Of a DNA stretch of 64,000 nt, positions 12,915 to 27,200 are shown in pieces. The translations under genes were made by a program, and so were the position numbers. The notes beneath the pieces are model-generated. The model had not been told where the DNA came from. It searched no databases and saw only the letters and a list, made by a program, of their open reading frames with translations. The stretch is from assembly GCF_009914755.1 (NCBI RefSeq), contig NC_060927.1. One strand, written 5' to 3'. Position 1 is the first letter of the stretch. Every line of letters starts with the position of its first letter. Origin of the DNA: the human T2T-CHM13v2.0 reference genome, Homo sapiens.

Positions 12915-13426
12915 CTATTCTCAAACTAGGGACTTAAAGCAGCACATATTATATTATGCTCATTGATTTTGTAGGCTATGAATTCAGATAGCTCACAGCA
13001 ACGATGGCCCATCTGTACTTCACAGTGTCTAGAACCTCAGCTGGGATGGCTTAAATTTCTGAGAGCTGGCTAAGATGGTTCAACTGGAGTCATATGTGTG
13101 AAGTCTTGGTTCTCGCTGTCTGATGGGTTCCTCAGTTCTCCTCCATGTGACCTTCCCACATAAGCCCTAGCACCTGGGCTTTTTCACAGCATGGTGATCT
13201 TGAGTATTCAGATTTCTTACATAGTGGCTGGCTTCTCTTTAGAGAACAAGGTGAAAACTGTCAAGCCTCTTAAAGAGGCCATATTCTATTGGTCAAAAAA
13301 TGTCACAAGGCCAACCCAGAATCACAGAAAGGAGAAATTGACTCTACCTCTTGATAAGAGAAGTAGCATGAATATTCACAGAGGGAAGGAATTGATGGTG
13401 GCCATATTTGGAGACTTTCTACCACA
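12915..13426 (-). mobile_element. MaLR MLT1 (H/G-like) solo LTR
   Basis: attctattggtcaaa...gtcacaaggccaaccaga-type core; ends ctaccaca. Confidence 0.7.
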
Positions 13427-13467
13427 GTATGCTTAAGGACTGAAATCCTTAATACTAATTTAAGGCT

Positions 13468-14160
13468 GTTTTTTAAATAGACTTTAGTTTTTAAGGAATT
13501 ATCAGATTCACAGAAAATATTGAGAAAAAGGTACAAGGATTTCCCATATATTCTCTGTCCCCACACATGCATAGCCATTATCAGCATCCTGAACAAGTGG
13601 TACATTTGTTGCAGTTGATGAACCTACACTGACACATCATTATCATTCAATGACCAGAGTTTACATTAGTATTCACTGTTGGTGTGCATTTGTCTAAAAC
13701 ATTAGACAAATGTAGAATGACATGTATCCACCTTTACAGCATCATACAGAGTAGTTTCACGGCCCTAAAAATCCTCTGTGCTCCTCCTATTCATTCCTTT
13801 CTCCCTACTAACCCCTGGAAACCACTGATCTTTTTACTGTCTCCATAGTTTTGCATTCTCCAGATTGTCATGTAGTTGGAATCATAAAATATGCAACATT
13901 TTGTCTTCTTTCACTTAGTAATATGCATTTAAGTTTCCTCCCTGTCTTTTCATGGCCTGCTAGGTCATTTCTTTTTTAGCGCTGAATAATATTCCATTGT
14001 CTGGATACACAGTTTATCCATTCACCTACTGAAGGACATCTTGATTGCTTCTAAGTTTTGGCAATTGTGAATAAAGCTGCTATAAACATTTGTGTGCAGG
14101 TTTTTGTGCAGATATAAATTTCAACTTTTTTGGGTAAATATCCAAGAAGCGTGATTGCCG
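13468..14160 (-). mobile_element. L1MA/L1MB 3' end, 5'-truncated, with probable TSD
   Basis: Antisense L1 3'UTR; aatttaagg flanks both sides (13457-13465 and 14166-14174). Confidence 0.85.
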
Positions 14161-15874
14161 ACTTGAATTTAAGGTTTTAAAGTTAGTCAAGCTGAAGAAA
14201 AAAATAAGTTAATAATATGAAACTGAGCCACTTGAAATTTTCTACAAAACTGTCTGAAATTTCTGGTTGTGTAGATCAGGTTCCAATATTGGTCAGTTTA
14301 TATGGTTCAACCTGAAAGTACAGTGGTCCTAGGATACGGCAAAGATCTCAGTAGTGATATGCAAATAACTAAAGTTTGGGAAACATCTTCTAATTGAAGT
14401 ATTTTACCTCCTAATGACTTTTATTCTCTCATGTGTCTTTGACTAAAACTTGGAAGATGCCTATTTGGACAATGTGTTTTGTTGGTGGTGATGGTGCTGG
14501 TGGTGGTGGTGGTTTGGAAAAGGGATGATGTAGACTACAACATATCAGGTGCCTATTGAATATACACATTCATCAAAATGTCCCTGGCTTAAGGGACCAC
14601 AAACTTCCCTGGGTTTGCTACAAGCCAGACACCTGAGACAGCTGGCAGACTCTTTGAACTTCCTGGGGAAAATGTCTTTGATTCTTTTTGATTCCCAATT
14701 TTCTACGTCTTCAGACATGTCAACAGAAACTCCATCAGCTTGGTGAGACAGGAAAACCATTTTCTAGCATAAGTTCGTGCGGAAATTGGAAAATGAATCA
14801 TTTGAACATTTGGTTATAAGGGGTGTGTATCTGAGGAGATTATTCTCCGAAATAGACTGCCCAACAGTTGAAGAGACTTCTTAGACTAGGCTCTGACGAC
14901 GAATCAGAACTTCAGAGATTGTGAAGGTAGGATTTCGACACTTTACAGAATTTTATTCAGTAGTTAGTCTCTACTAGGTTAAAAACAATTTCCCTCATCA
15001 CCATCCTAGTTGTTTTTCAGCTGGCAGCCCATTGTCATGGAAAGAAAGATTGTAACCAAATATGCTGTGGATCTTCAGTTAAAATATTCCAATATTGTTG
15101 GAAGGTTTGGAATTGGTAAAATAATTTTAGGGTTGCTTTCTTTCATCTCAACTCTTTCTGAGTGAAATTTGTAGGAGAAAATTTTTATTCAAAAATAGTA
15201 TCCAGAATATTTAAATGTTCCAAATAAAGTCAGCACCAAGTCCACAGCCCTCTCCAAAATGAAAACAAAAACAAACCCCCAAAATACTCCAAACCGTTTT
15301 TTCCAATGGAATTTCCTGAAGAAATGCTTCAAAAGGTCTAGCTACCTCCAAGATGGCTTAAGTCACACTCTTCCCTTAAGCCTCAGTAATGTACTTGCCT
15401 CATGTTCTCAGTGGCTTCTCAAGTTATTTTGGCTACTCAGCTCTGACACTTAAATAAAAACTTGATGACAGAAGAGGTTTCATTATGTGTGTGAATGTAT
15501 TTTCTTCAGCTCATCAGTGAACGGCAGACTAGAAGTCATTCAGAGGCCGGAACAGTAATGTCAAAGCTAATTCAGTCCCTCACAGGTCAAGGCTGTGACC
15601 ATGGCTATAGCATTTGTCAGACAAACAAATGCATAGCACTTCTGTGAGCATCTTTCCTGCGCAGAAAATCACACCTTAAAATAAGTGGGCATTGATTTCT
15701 CTTGCTCCCATCTGTGTTTATCTTAGGTTCTTTCACTGGGGATAAAGCAGAGATGGTGTTGTTCCTGCCTGGCCAGTAACTCTTCCACACTTTTCTCTCC
15801 TACAGCATTTCAATAGCACATGTCAGGATCACACTTGTTATTACATGCCTATTACTCACCACCGATAGGTTGAA

Positions 15875-16195
<321 letters not shown>

Positions 16196-17404
16196 TGAAT
16201 TTTCATATGACATTATTTTTCTCTTATATGAACACCCCAAAATATTAGAGTCTTTGTGTAAGGATTTTTATCTTTTCAGGAAGATAAACTGATTTTACAG
16301 TTAAATTCTGGAACCAGTTATTCTTAATTTTTCTCATTTTTGATGCAAATTATATAGAGATGATAGATTTTATTGTGATTGCCCTGGACTGTCAAAATGG
16401 TCTTAAATTTAACAATTCCTTCATCCAGAAGTTGTTTAAATATATATTTATTTAATAAACAAAGCAAGAATATGCAAAATAACAATAACGTTTCCTCGGG
16501 AATTACACATGACTAATTTTTTTCCAGTGAATGCCAACTAGAACTAAAATTGCCTAGTGAACAATGGTCTGCCTGTGTCATCATCTTAATTGCCAAATCT
16601 TGAAAACTTAGCAAAGAAAAATGATGCCTGTAATTTCTAATTATAAACATATAAGGTGGGGTGACCCTGAATGCTAAATTTCCAATTAAGACATGCAAAT
16701 AAACAGTCGCATCATGTTTCACAATACCAGCCATCTGTTCCCAAAGCCTGTAGGTTCTCCCTCACTGTAAGAAACAGTTAAGTAAAAGAGAGGGTCAGAC
16801 ATCAGCTTTTATAGCCAGTATAGATTAGAAATCATACCACATATATTTTAATGAATATAATTTTATTACTTTAAGAATATTTTATTGCTTTTTAAAAATG
16901 ATGGCCAAAAGATCCTCATTTAATATTTAGAAATGTATGAAGTAAAAAGTGAGGGAGTACCCTATAATTTCTCTATCCCCTTCCCTACTTCAGATGTAAC
17001 CACTTTAGACTCTTCAGCAAATTTATTTTTCATCCTTTTGCTCACTTGAAAAGATGAGTTCTGCCTTCTTCCTTATTGATTTCCAAGAGCTCTTTATATG
17101 TAATATTTAACTACATGAGATTTGTAGGTGTGAGTGAGACTAAATGCTGTGAATAATAAACAAATCTTGTGTAAATAGGAATAGAATAAACTCTCTACTA
17201 AGCAAAATGTTTTGTGGAAGATGCTTTATGTGTTTTACTTTCATAGAGCAGTTTACCCTCATCGTTAGGGAATGCTCCTTCCAAAGACTGGACACAGTGA
17301 TTACATTTTGTTATCATCTTGGCTTGGCTGTTTTGGGGATAATAAGGTTTAGAATTGGAATCTGTTTCCCAGCAGTTATTGCCTGCATGGTTATACTTTA
17401 TAAA

Positions 17405-18070
17405 ATGCATGCTCCCCCATCAAGGAGTTGGAGGATAAGTCCCATCTTTTATATGTGGGCTACATATAGGGACTGCCTTCCAAAGAGTACAGTATGGACA
17501 GGGAGATAATGTAAATTTTCGGTGGAGAAACATGTCCAACATGACCTCTGCCGTGTAATCAAGGTTAATATTAGTAGTGGTAAGTCATGCTCACAGTATA
17601 CAGCCTAGATATGGTGTGATCAGAATGGCACTTTACTTCTGCGGTCTCTCTCTCCAAAACTGATAACCACAGTCTAACCATGAGAAAAGCACACTGGACA
17701 AACCCACACAGGGGGACATCGTGCAAAGTATCTGATTAGTACTCTTCAAAACTGTTAAAACAGGTCATCAAAAACAAGGAAAATCTGGGAAACTGTCACA
17801 GCCTAGAGGAGTCTAGGGAAACACGACTACTAAGTATATATAGTACAGTATCCTGGATGAGATTGCAGGGAAGAAACGGGGCATCGCTAAAGTTGAAGGA
17901 AATAAAAATAATGTGTGGAGTTTCATTAATAATAATGCATCATTATTGGCTTATTAGTTGTGACAAGTGTACCATAAAATATAAGATGCTAATAACAGAG
18001 GAATCTGGGTGTGGTAACTCTGTACTATCCTTGCAAATTTTCTTTAAATCTTAAACTATTCTAAAATAAG
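17405..18070 (+). mobile_element. L1MC-type 3' UTR fragment
   Basis: aaactgtcacagcctagaggag, ctctgtactatccttgcaaattttc...aaactattctaaaataa. Confidence 0.75.
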
Positions 18071-19538
18071 TGTGCTACAAAAATGAATGGCAAATATTTG
18101 AATTGACCCATTTCCCCAGTGAAGCTATAAACCTGATTTAGACTGGTTGTGACTACGACACCCTCCAAGGCTGACCCTGAACTTTATTAATTTAAATGCA
18201 GCAGCAACAAACAAAATCTAACTTTGGAATGATTTTTCTAGGGAGGCTGAGGTTAAGGTTAGCAGTCATTGTGGCTGTATGACCAGACCAGTGAAAATAC
18301 CGAGACCATAAAGGGTGACTCCATTGAACCATTTCATTTTGCAGATGAAGAAATTGAGGCCCAGAAAGAGGAAGTCATTCACTGGGGTTTTGTGAACACT
18401 GAAGTTGAACCCATATTTTCTGCCTCCTAATTCAGGGTTCATTCTCCTCCCTCATGCTTCTTCCTGAACCCTTCTGCTCAACACAAAAGCTTGCTTTTGC
18501 TTTCCTCCTGTTTTGTCCAAAGATGGGGGTGCCACATATCCTAAACATCGTATTTAAAAAAAGAGAGAAAAATGCATGAAATTTTGGATTAAGTTGAGAT
18601 GGGTCTGAATACCAGCACTTTTTTGGTCTCTGAGTCTGTTTTCCTCACTTACAAAAACGACTTCAATAATCCCTGCCTCTCAGGATTCAGTGAGATTCTG
18701 TACATAAAACCTAGTACACAGCCTGGCCACCCAGGACCCTCATTAATTGATGGTTTCCATAAAAATACATATTTGTATACCAATGGCAGTGACAAGATGC
18801 CATGGGCCCTTAAATAGCACATATGAATTACATAATAACTATATTCATGGAAGCTTTTCCTAACCAGGGAAAGCCAGCTAACCATAAAGCCAGCTGCCTC
18901 TGCAGGCCTTCCTCCTCACCACAGTGTTCTCTGTTAAAGTCAAGCCTAGTGAGTGGGGAGATTTACATGGCAAATTAGTGCATGAGTTTCAAGAGATAGC
19001 CTCCTCCTGCATGGGGGCTAGGAGACAGCAGTTTGACTAAATGCATTATTATTATGATATATTTTTTAAATCACAGGCTGGAAGCAACACAATTTGATGC
19101 CTTGGAATGTTCAGCTTGGTCTCTAAATATTGCATTGATATTGAATTGTCTCTTTTCCTCACAGCTGATAAAAAACTGAGATTTGTGTTTCAGATGGCAA
19201 TTAATAAGGATAATCTCCATTCTTCATTTTCTTTTTAATGCAGAAAGCAGTGTGTGCATTCTATGACTGATCTTGTGGTCTGCCTTTGATGGCCAGTCCC
19301 AAACACTCTTACTTATCATAGAGGCAGGCAAAGAAATGTGGCAAGACAAACCATTATTGCATAGTTTGTCAAATTTTAAAATATTTTTAAAAAGTAATGG
19401 ATTAGCAGCTTTCATTATGGAGTTCTTTAGGAGAACATTTCCAACATTGCAGAAAGGTCTTATGAGCTGTTCTAGACGATAATTTCCTCAGGCTCTTCTG
19501 TTCTGTAGATCCCTGAAAATCTTGTCTAAACTGAATAT

Positions 19539-19860
19539 CTATTAGTCAGGATAGCCTAAGTTTTGCTGCAGTAACAACTTCCAAACCTTGGTGGCTTCAA
19601 ACAACAAAGGTCTATTTCTCAGTCATATTACATGTCCAATGCAGGACCTAGGTTGAGAAAGAACCCACCATCTGGAAAATTGTCAATCACTCTGGCAGAG
19701 GTAAAGAAAGTTCTGTGGGTCTTGAACCACCAATTGGTGCCCCAGATCAGAAATGACATGTCATCTTCATTAACAACCCATTGGTCAGAACAAGTCATAT
19801 AATCCCACCTAGCCACTAGGGGAACCAAGAATTTCAGAGAGAAAACCTGGATATCAGTGA
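19539..19860 (-). mobile_element. MaLR MLT1 (J/K/L-like) LTR
   Basis: tattagtcaggatagcctaag...gctgcagtaacaac...ccattggtcagaacaagtcatat. Confidence 0.65.
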
Positions 19861-20789
19861 GCTGGTCTGTTGACATCAGTTGACATGATCACTTACTCAT
19901 TTTTGCTCATGAATTTACTCAGCAGATGTTTGAATATCTGCAGGTAAGTCCTGGGCACACAGAGATGAGCAAGCAGGCATGATTCTTGTTCTTAGGGAGC
20001 TTACTAATTATTTGCCAGTAAATGACCATTAAAAGAACAATGACAGTGACAAGACATAAGTATTCTGATAAGGAAAGGACAAGATGCTTTAACATCAGCA
20101 AAGCAAGCAGTTTTCATGGGTATCAGTAAGATAACCGGAACTATGAGTATTTGTTTCAGTTAAAGAATCCAGAATCAGCACTAGGATAGGAAAGCAGGGG
20201 CTTCTGTTTATTCTTTCAATCTCTTCATGTGCAGATTTGCTCCATTCCTGAATGAAGCCCAAGAGAAGTGTTTAGCTAGCCCCTCCCTGCCAAGTGGTCA
20301 TTTTGACTGCAAATGCCTTGGGCAGGTTCCTGGAGGTTGCATGGACACTTGCCTATGTGGGCACACTAGCCCATGCTCACAAGATTCTCCATGGCACCCA
20401 GGGCTGGTGTTCCTGACACAGAGGCCGAGCTGGGCAGCAGGTGTGCAGTCCCGTCTGGATTTTCACACTGGAGAAGCCAAGAGCCCAGCGTCACTTCAGT
20501 GAGTCTCCATGGCATTGTGGATGGAGGCAGCAGGGAGGTGCCACCAGGTCCTGCCTGGATGGCTCTTGCTCCCTTCCAAGTTCCCTGGTACTTTGCCCTT
20601 ATCTTCTGACCTGCCCATCCACAGAAGAGGATATGTGGCTGAGTGTCACAGTTCAGCTCCTGTTATCTGGTTTAGGGGGTGTCTACAAAGTACAAATTCA
20701 TTAAATCCCCATTTCCAATGATGTGATTCTTTTTCTTTATCCTTCCCCTTAAATTCATTCATTCATTTATTCATTCAAAATAGACATGC

Positions 20790-21040
20790 TGGGAGACAGC
20801 ATGACAGTTACAAGCCTGGACTCTGAGGCTAGACTTCCTGAGTTTGCATCCCAGCTCTGCCACTTGTAGCGTGTGACCCTGAGCAAGTTATTTAACCCTT
20901 TTGTGCCTCATCTATAAAGTGGGAATAATAATTGTACCTACTTCAAATGCTTGTTGTGAGGATTGCATTTGTTAATAGAAGTAAAGTGCTTTGAAAGTTA
21001 CCTGGCACATAGTAAGCACTCAAATTAGCTGTTATTATTA
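20790..21040 (+). mobile_element. MIR SINE, near full length
   Basis: cccagctctgccacttg...gtgtgaccctgagcaagttatttaacc...cctggcacatagtaagcactcaaa. Confidence 0.85.
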
Positions 21041-21144
21041 TCCGTATTTCATTATTATTGTTCCTAAGTACCTGCTGAAGTGCTCAGCAGCACAGTTTTC
21101 TTTTAAAATTAGGGCTGGGGAAGATACAAAGTCAGAGAAGCAGC

Positions 21145-21355
21145 TGTGTAGCATGGTGGCTAAGGTACAAGCTTTGCAGTCAGCCAGACCTGGATTCAAG
21201 TCTGGGCTCTGTCATTTACTAACTGTGTGACTTTTTGTAAATTATGAAGCTAGCTCATCTGTAAAATGTGGATAATGATTCTCATGGTTTTCACGGGAAT
21301 TGGCTGAGATGATGGATGTACCTCAACACTTAGCACCTATTGAACACTCAATACA
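21145..21355 (+). mobile_element. MIR SINE
   Basis: agacctggattcaagtctgggctctgtcatttactaactgtgtgac...catctgtaaaatg. Confidence 0.75.
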
Positions 21356-21814
21356 GTCTGGCTGTAGAAGTAGCACTAGGGGGAGAAGAAGACAGTTAGT
21401 GGATGCTAGACAAGGAAACAAGCACATAATAGATGGTTGTTCTTGAGATGTGCAGGACAGTGAGGTGGAACCATGCAGGACAGAAGTATGGGCTCCAAAA
21501 AGGAAGCAGGGATTTCTGAGGGGGTGATCATAGAAGGTTTTTTTGTATGAGATATCATGGAAACTGGGCCTTGAAGGGTGGGTATGGATGGGTCAGGCAG
21601 GAAAGGAGGGAGGAAGCAATCCACATATAGGAAGAGGCAGGCCTTGAAGCCCAAGCTAATGTGATCTCATCTTATTGGGTAAACAATGGGGAGCCATTGA
21701 AGGATTTTGAGTTGGAGAGTGACCTGGTCACTAAGATCAAAGAAGGAAGTGGGGAAGTAACTTCACAGAGCAATGGGGCCAATTGACATGTATTCAAGTA
21801 GAGGAGATACAAAT

Positions 21815-22045
21815 CATAACAGTGGCATTTAGAGCACTTACTGTGCGCCTGGCGCTGTCCTAAGCCTTTGATTGCATTAACTTACTAAATCTTCATAGCA
21901 ATTCCGCTGAATGGGTATTCTTATTATTCCCAAGTTACAGATGATACAGAGTAGTTAAGTGACTTGCTTAAAATCACACAATGAGAAAGTCTGGGTCCAG
22001 GATTCAAACCTAGATAGCCTGGCCCTGAGCCTGTGCTCTGCTCCA
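21815..22045 (-). mobile_element. MIR SINE
   Basis: gagcacttactgtgcgcctggc...ttacagatga...ggattcaaacctag. Confidence 0.75.
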
Positions 22046-22679
22046 TGAGATGCCTGCAGTTTTGTGGGCACCAGAGAAGGACAGAGCGAAATGGAATATA
22101 CAGATGATGGGAGATGTTGCTTCTCCAAGGAGGACTGATGGGAAGAGTGATTTAAAATTCATCTTGGGATATAGGAGAACCCTGGTTCTCTGAAACATTG
22201 AAGAGGAACTATGAGTAGAAGAAGGCAGTGTAGGATGAGGGCAGCTGAGGGACCTCCTGGGAAGTAGCTTAGATGTTCTAACTTGAGGAAGAGTTGAGAG
22301 GGAGGTGGCAGAAGGGTGGTGCTTATTGGGGGTTTATTTAAAAAAGGGAGCTTTTGAAATAGAGTCCCTGACCATATAACCTAACAAAAGGTTTGTTGTG
22401 CCAGGCTAGGCACTTTCTGGGAGGGCAGTGCAGCCAGAACTGAACTGGCTGCCCAATTCCAAGCTCTGTCATTTTCTAGCTGTGTGACTTTAGGCATGTC
22501 ACTTAACTTCTCTGTGTCTCAGTTTCCTCGTTTGGAAAATGAAGCTACTTACCTCATAGGGTTGTTAAGAGGATTGGACCTGCTAGTTAACGGAGAGCAG
22601 TTAGGCCTTAGGATAGTTATCCCTATGCAAGTGGTAGCTACAATTATGGTTGTTGTTATTTTTTTTTACAATGCCAGAA

Positions 22680-22852
22680 ATATTTTTAATAGTTTTACTG
22701 AAGTATAAGTGGTATGCAAAGAATTACAGATATGTAATGTGCAGAATTTGATGAGTTTAGACATATGCAAAAACCCGTGATACCATCACTGTGATCAAAA
22801 TAATAGTCACATCCATCACCTCCCAAAGTTCCCTTGTGTCCTTTTGTTTTTG

Positions 22853-22892
<40 letters not shown>

Positions 22893-23130
22893 AGAACATT
22901 TAACATGAGATCTTCCCTCTTATCAAAATTTGAAGTGTCTAATACAGTATTGTAAATTATAGGCGCTATGCTGTGCAATAGATCCCTAGAACTTAATCAT
23001 CGAGCAGAACTAAAATTTTACACCCATCGAACAACAACTCTCCACTTTCCCAGTCCCCAACCCCTGGAAACCACTATTGTATTCTATGCTTCTGTGAGTT
23101 TATTATAGATAGCTCATACAAGTGGAATCA
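22680..23130 (-). mobile_element. L1MA 3' end containing (GT)18 at 22855-22890
   Basis: Antisense L1MA 3'UTR (catccatcacctcccaaagt, acatttaacatgagatct, aagtggaatcat). Confidence 0.8.
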
Positions 23131-24364
23131 TTGGCAGAAATCCTGACAGCTCAGGGCAGAAAGGGAATAGTTGTAGCTGGTGGCCCAGGCCTCTCAGGGC
23201 GAGCCCCACAGCCTGGTGGCTGGAGTACAAGAGCTTCCATGATGTTTCAGGTTGCAGGTGTGCAATGACTACCTTTGGTCAATGAACTTTCTTCTTTTTC
23301 TGGTGACAAATTCCAGAATCACCGAGGAAGCCTTTTGATTCTAATTCCTATTGTGAGAACAGATGTGTTCAGTAGCGTGCTTACTAAATAAGATACCAAG
23401 CCGAGGGGAAACATGGAGGCTTATGAAAAAATGCCAGGTACACTAACAAAGGAACTTGGGTAATCTGTGCTTCAAACCACAGATGCTACCACCCCCTCAT
23501 CAAGGTTTCAGTTGGTTTAAAAGCCTTCTCCTCAATTTCCTGTTTCAGGGCAGACCTTCTATCTTATTTGCCTTTACCATCTGCCGTCTCCCCACCCTCA
23601 CTCCAGGGGCATTAGAGATTCTGATCACTAACAAAACTGAAGATGTTGGGACAGGTGACTTACAAGGCTTACAGACAGCAAGCCTTCTGTGAGAGAGGGA
23701 AGTCAAAAGGATTCCATTTTAATTTGAGAGCATACTATGTTACATCTGTAGGATGTGACACACTCAATTGATAACTACTCACTATATCAGCAATATTTTG
23801 AACTCAATCTGCCAGCATCTCAGATGAGATTAATTTCAGAGGTACTGTCTTTTGATGCTAGGGAGCCACATTGGCGGCCCCAGTTCACCTATTGACTTGG
23901 GTCATTGGAAATGGCAAGAGTTGGGGAGATGGAGAAGATGTGCCTCTCCAGTCTCCACTAGATACTCCCATGTAACACACCTCCACAGGCTTATTCCACT
24001 AGTTAAAGGTTATTTGGATTTACAAATACCTATGTGCCTTATGGAATTTTCACCATTTGTCTTTCATTACCCAGCTGAATCAGAGCCTCTAGGGGCCACC
24101 TGAATTTCCTGAAGCCAGGGGCAGAGGTGAGAGAAGAGGGCAGGGAAGATGGGGAGGTTTCCAGAAGCATTTGACCTTCTTTGCAAATTTGCCCAGGATC
24201 TTTTGGCCTTCCATGCTGAATGCCACCGAAAGACGACCACATAGAAAATGTCATAAAGAAGTTACAAAATGTATGCTTACGTGCAGAAGAGAGCATCTGA
24301 ATTTCTTTGAAATTCATTCACTCAGAGGGCCATCATTTATTTAATAAGCATTTATATTCAATGC

Positions 24365-24525
24365 TCTCAGCTTTGTCTGCACATTGGAATCACCTGCCAA
24401 GATTTTAAAAACTCTGATGTCCAGGACATACCTCAGACCTGTTAAACCAGAATCTCTAGAAGTGGGACCCAAGCATCCATATTTTTGGAAAGCTCCCCCC
24501 AGGAGATTCCAAGGTGCAGCTGACA
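24365..24525. mobile_element. MER5A-like hAT-Charlie element inserted in a MIR
   Basis: ctgcacattggaatcacctg...aaaccagaatctctag...aagctcccccagg. Confidence 0.7.
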
Positions 24526-24529
24526 TACA

Positions 24530-24730
24530 TGGTGCTGAGTGCTTTTTTGCGTGTATTAATCCATTTAATTATCACAACAATCTTATAAGAGAGATGCTGA
24601 CATTGTTCCCATTTTACAGGTGATGAGACAGAGGCACAGCAAAGTCTCTGCAAGAACACATGGCTGATAAATTTCAGAGTGTGGATTTGAACCCAGGCCA
24701 TCTTGCTCCAGAGTTAATACTCTTAGCCAA
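24530..24730 (-). mobile_element. MIR SINE
   Basis: cccattttacaggtgatgagacagaggcacag...atttgaacccagg. Confidence 0.75.
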
Positions 24731-25319
24731 CAGGTTCATTTCCTGTCACTACATGAAAAACGCAAGTTCCTGGCAAAGCCTCTTACTGTAAAGTAGCCAT
24801 GGAGCCGGGGATGGAGGCCCTGTATCTGTTTTCTGGGAAGCCGAGAAAAAGATCTTACCAAGTAATGCCACATTTATAATTAGTGGTTTTAAAAAATTTC
24901 TACCAGAAAGTGCAAACTTTCCCATTCCTCCCACAGACCGAGGGTAAAATTTCCAACTTTTCCTTTCCCATATCCACCCAAAAAAAGGTCAAGAGCTGGG
25001 ATCCAGCCTGAATTAAGTGGAGTGTGGGTGTAGTTTGTCAGCTGGGTCTTCTGTTTGTGGTTAAGGTCCAGCCCATCAGGTTGAAGGCTTACTGACACAT
25101 GTGTGGGAATGGGAGGTTCGTCATATGCTTGTCTTAAATTAGTCTGCTGCTTCATTAGATGGACTAAAAAGCTGAGGAAAGAGGATGGGGCTGCAAGGGG
25201 AATGGTATCTGGTCCCAGTTCCTCCCCCAAACCAGCCCTGGAACGTTAGTGAGTAACTTCACTTCCCTCTGCGCTTGGCCACCTCTTCGGTAAAATTAAG
25301 AGAGTTGGATTCCATTCAA

Positions 25320-25620
25320 AGTCACATCTCAGTTCAGCCAAGAGACATGCTTTTCTTGGCCCCACAGTGCTTTCAAATTTTTTGAATTAATTGTGAACAT
25401 TAAACAATTGGAATCATTTACATAAAAATCTAGATTTCCAGCTTCTTTTGAAAAATTGGAAGAGATGTTCTTGCCACATTGGGTCCCATAGGACAACCAT
25501 GGGCTGGAGTTGAGAGCCATCCACTCTCTTTAGATGGGACATACTCTCCCCAGGTTTCCATTCCTCACCTGGCCAATGTCATTGTTTACTTACCTGCCTG
25601 GCCGCTATAGACTATGGGGA
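25320..25620. mobile_element. MER102-like hAT-Charlie element
   Basis: cataaaaatctagatttccagcttcttttgaaaaattggaag resembles MER102 interior. Confidence 0.5.
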
Positions 25621-26974
25621 AATCTGATCATAGTCCCCTCCAGAAGTCGAAATACCTTTATCCATGGGATCTTAAAACCTGTAAGGCAGGGGCGAAATCT
25701 TATAGACTCGGGCTTAGTCAAAATTTTCATGTAAAGATAAGGATGATCAAAGGAAAACTAATAAATGGTAATGTTCTCTCTTAGATACTTGCCTATGTTT
25801 TATCTTTAACCTCAAAACATAGAATTCATAATATTTGGCATACTTTCTGTGTATTTTTATATTCTGGCTCACTTTTGGAAGGCGTAAGCAGAGACAAAAC
25901 AAAAGCCATAAAAGGTTACAAAGAAATTGCGTAGTCAAGAAGAGAAGACACCAGGATAATGTGTTCTCAGAAGGACAGTCTGAAATTACAGAGGAACTAC
26001 CTGTTCTTCAAAACAAAATTATCTGAAATAAATTCCAAGAAAATATGCCAGGTGGGTGCTAAATCTGATGTTTTTATATAGTCCACATTTAATAAAATTA
26101 TCTTCTCTGACAGGATGTGAAGTTTTTAGGGAGCTAGGCTATTTATTTAGAAACTTTCATTTGATCAAAAGTCACCAGAAATCACACATAAGTTTAATTT
26201 TGTTAACTCTTAAAGCTCTTCAGATAGGACCATAATAAAAATACAGCTGGATGCAAATAAATTAGTGTAATGCAGCCTGACCACTCACAACATTGTTTTA
26301 TGCATTTTGTTTATTTTTATTGAATATTTGTGAAAACAAAAGTAATATATACATATATAAAATACAGTAGAAAGGTGAGAAATGAGCAGTAAATGTCTCT
26401 TCTCCTTTATCTTTTATTATTTATTGTGGTAAAATACATATAAAATTTACCATCTGGACCATTTTTAAGTGTACCATTCAGTAGAGTTAAGTATATTCAC
26501 GTTGTCATGTTTTCTCTCTTAACCCCAATATTAACCCCAGTTATGTTTTTCTATATTATTTCAGAAAATTATATGCACATTTTTATTATTCATACAAATA
26601 AATTTCCTTACATCTTCCAAAGCTTTGACATCACCATAGACCAATCTTTCTTCTTCTTTGCAATGACTACAGAATACTCCATTTTTATAAATAGGCCATA
26701 ATTTACTTAACCAATACTTTATTAGTGGATACTTAGACCATCTTGAGATCTCGGCTGCTACTGAAAAGAAAAAAAAATCCTATAGTAAACATATTTGGTC
26801 CATACATCTTGACCTATGTACAAGTGTATCTTGTGGGTAAATTCTCAGCAGCCAATAAACTGAAACATTTGTTCGGTTGAAATTTTTCTATCTGAACGTG
26901 GATATAGTTCCATAATAACACTTTTTAGATTGGGTAGAATACTCATGATAAACTATAATGACATATGTGATAAA

Positions 26975-27200
26975 TTTCAGTGGTAGCTTGGACCCTGGGA
27001 TTAGATGACCTACTTCCAAATCTAGGCTTTCACAGACTAGCTGTGGGGCCTTGGAAAACTTGCTTATAACATCACTTGCTTCAACTTCCTCATCTGAAAA
27101 ATGGGATTAATAATACTACCTGCCTCTAAGGGTTGATGGAAGAATTGCTGAATGAACAATACCTGGCACATAGTAAGCATTATATGCATTAGCTATTATT
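26975..27200 (+). mobile_element. MIR SINE
   Basis: ttcctcatctgaaaaatgggattaataatactacc...cctggcacatagtaagc. Confidence 0.75.

Noticed and set aside
14769-14930. Mildly CpG-rich stretch with ag/gt ends (HKFVRKLENESF...)
   Set aside because: In-frame stop before the donor, weak acceptor, and CpGs not codon-phased
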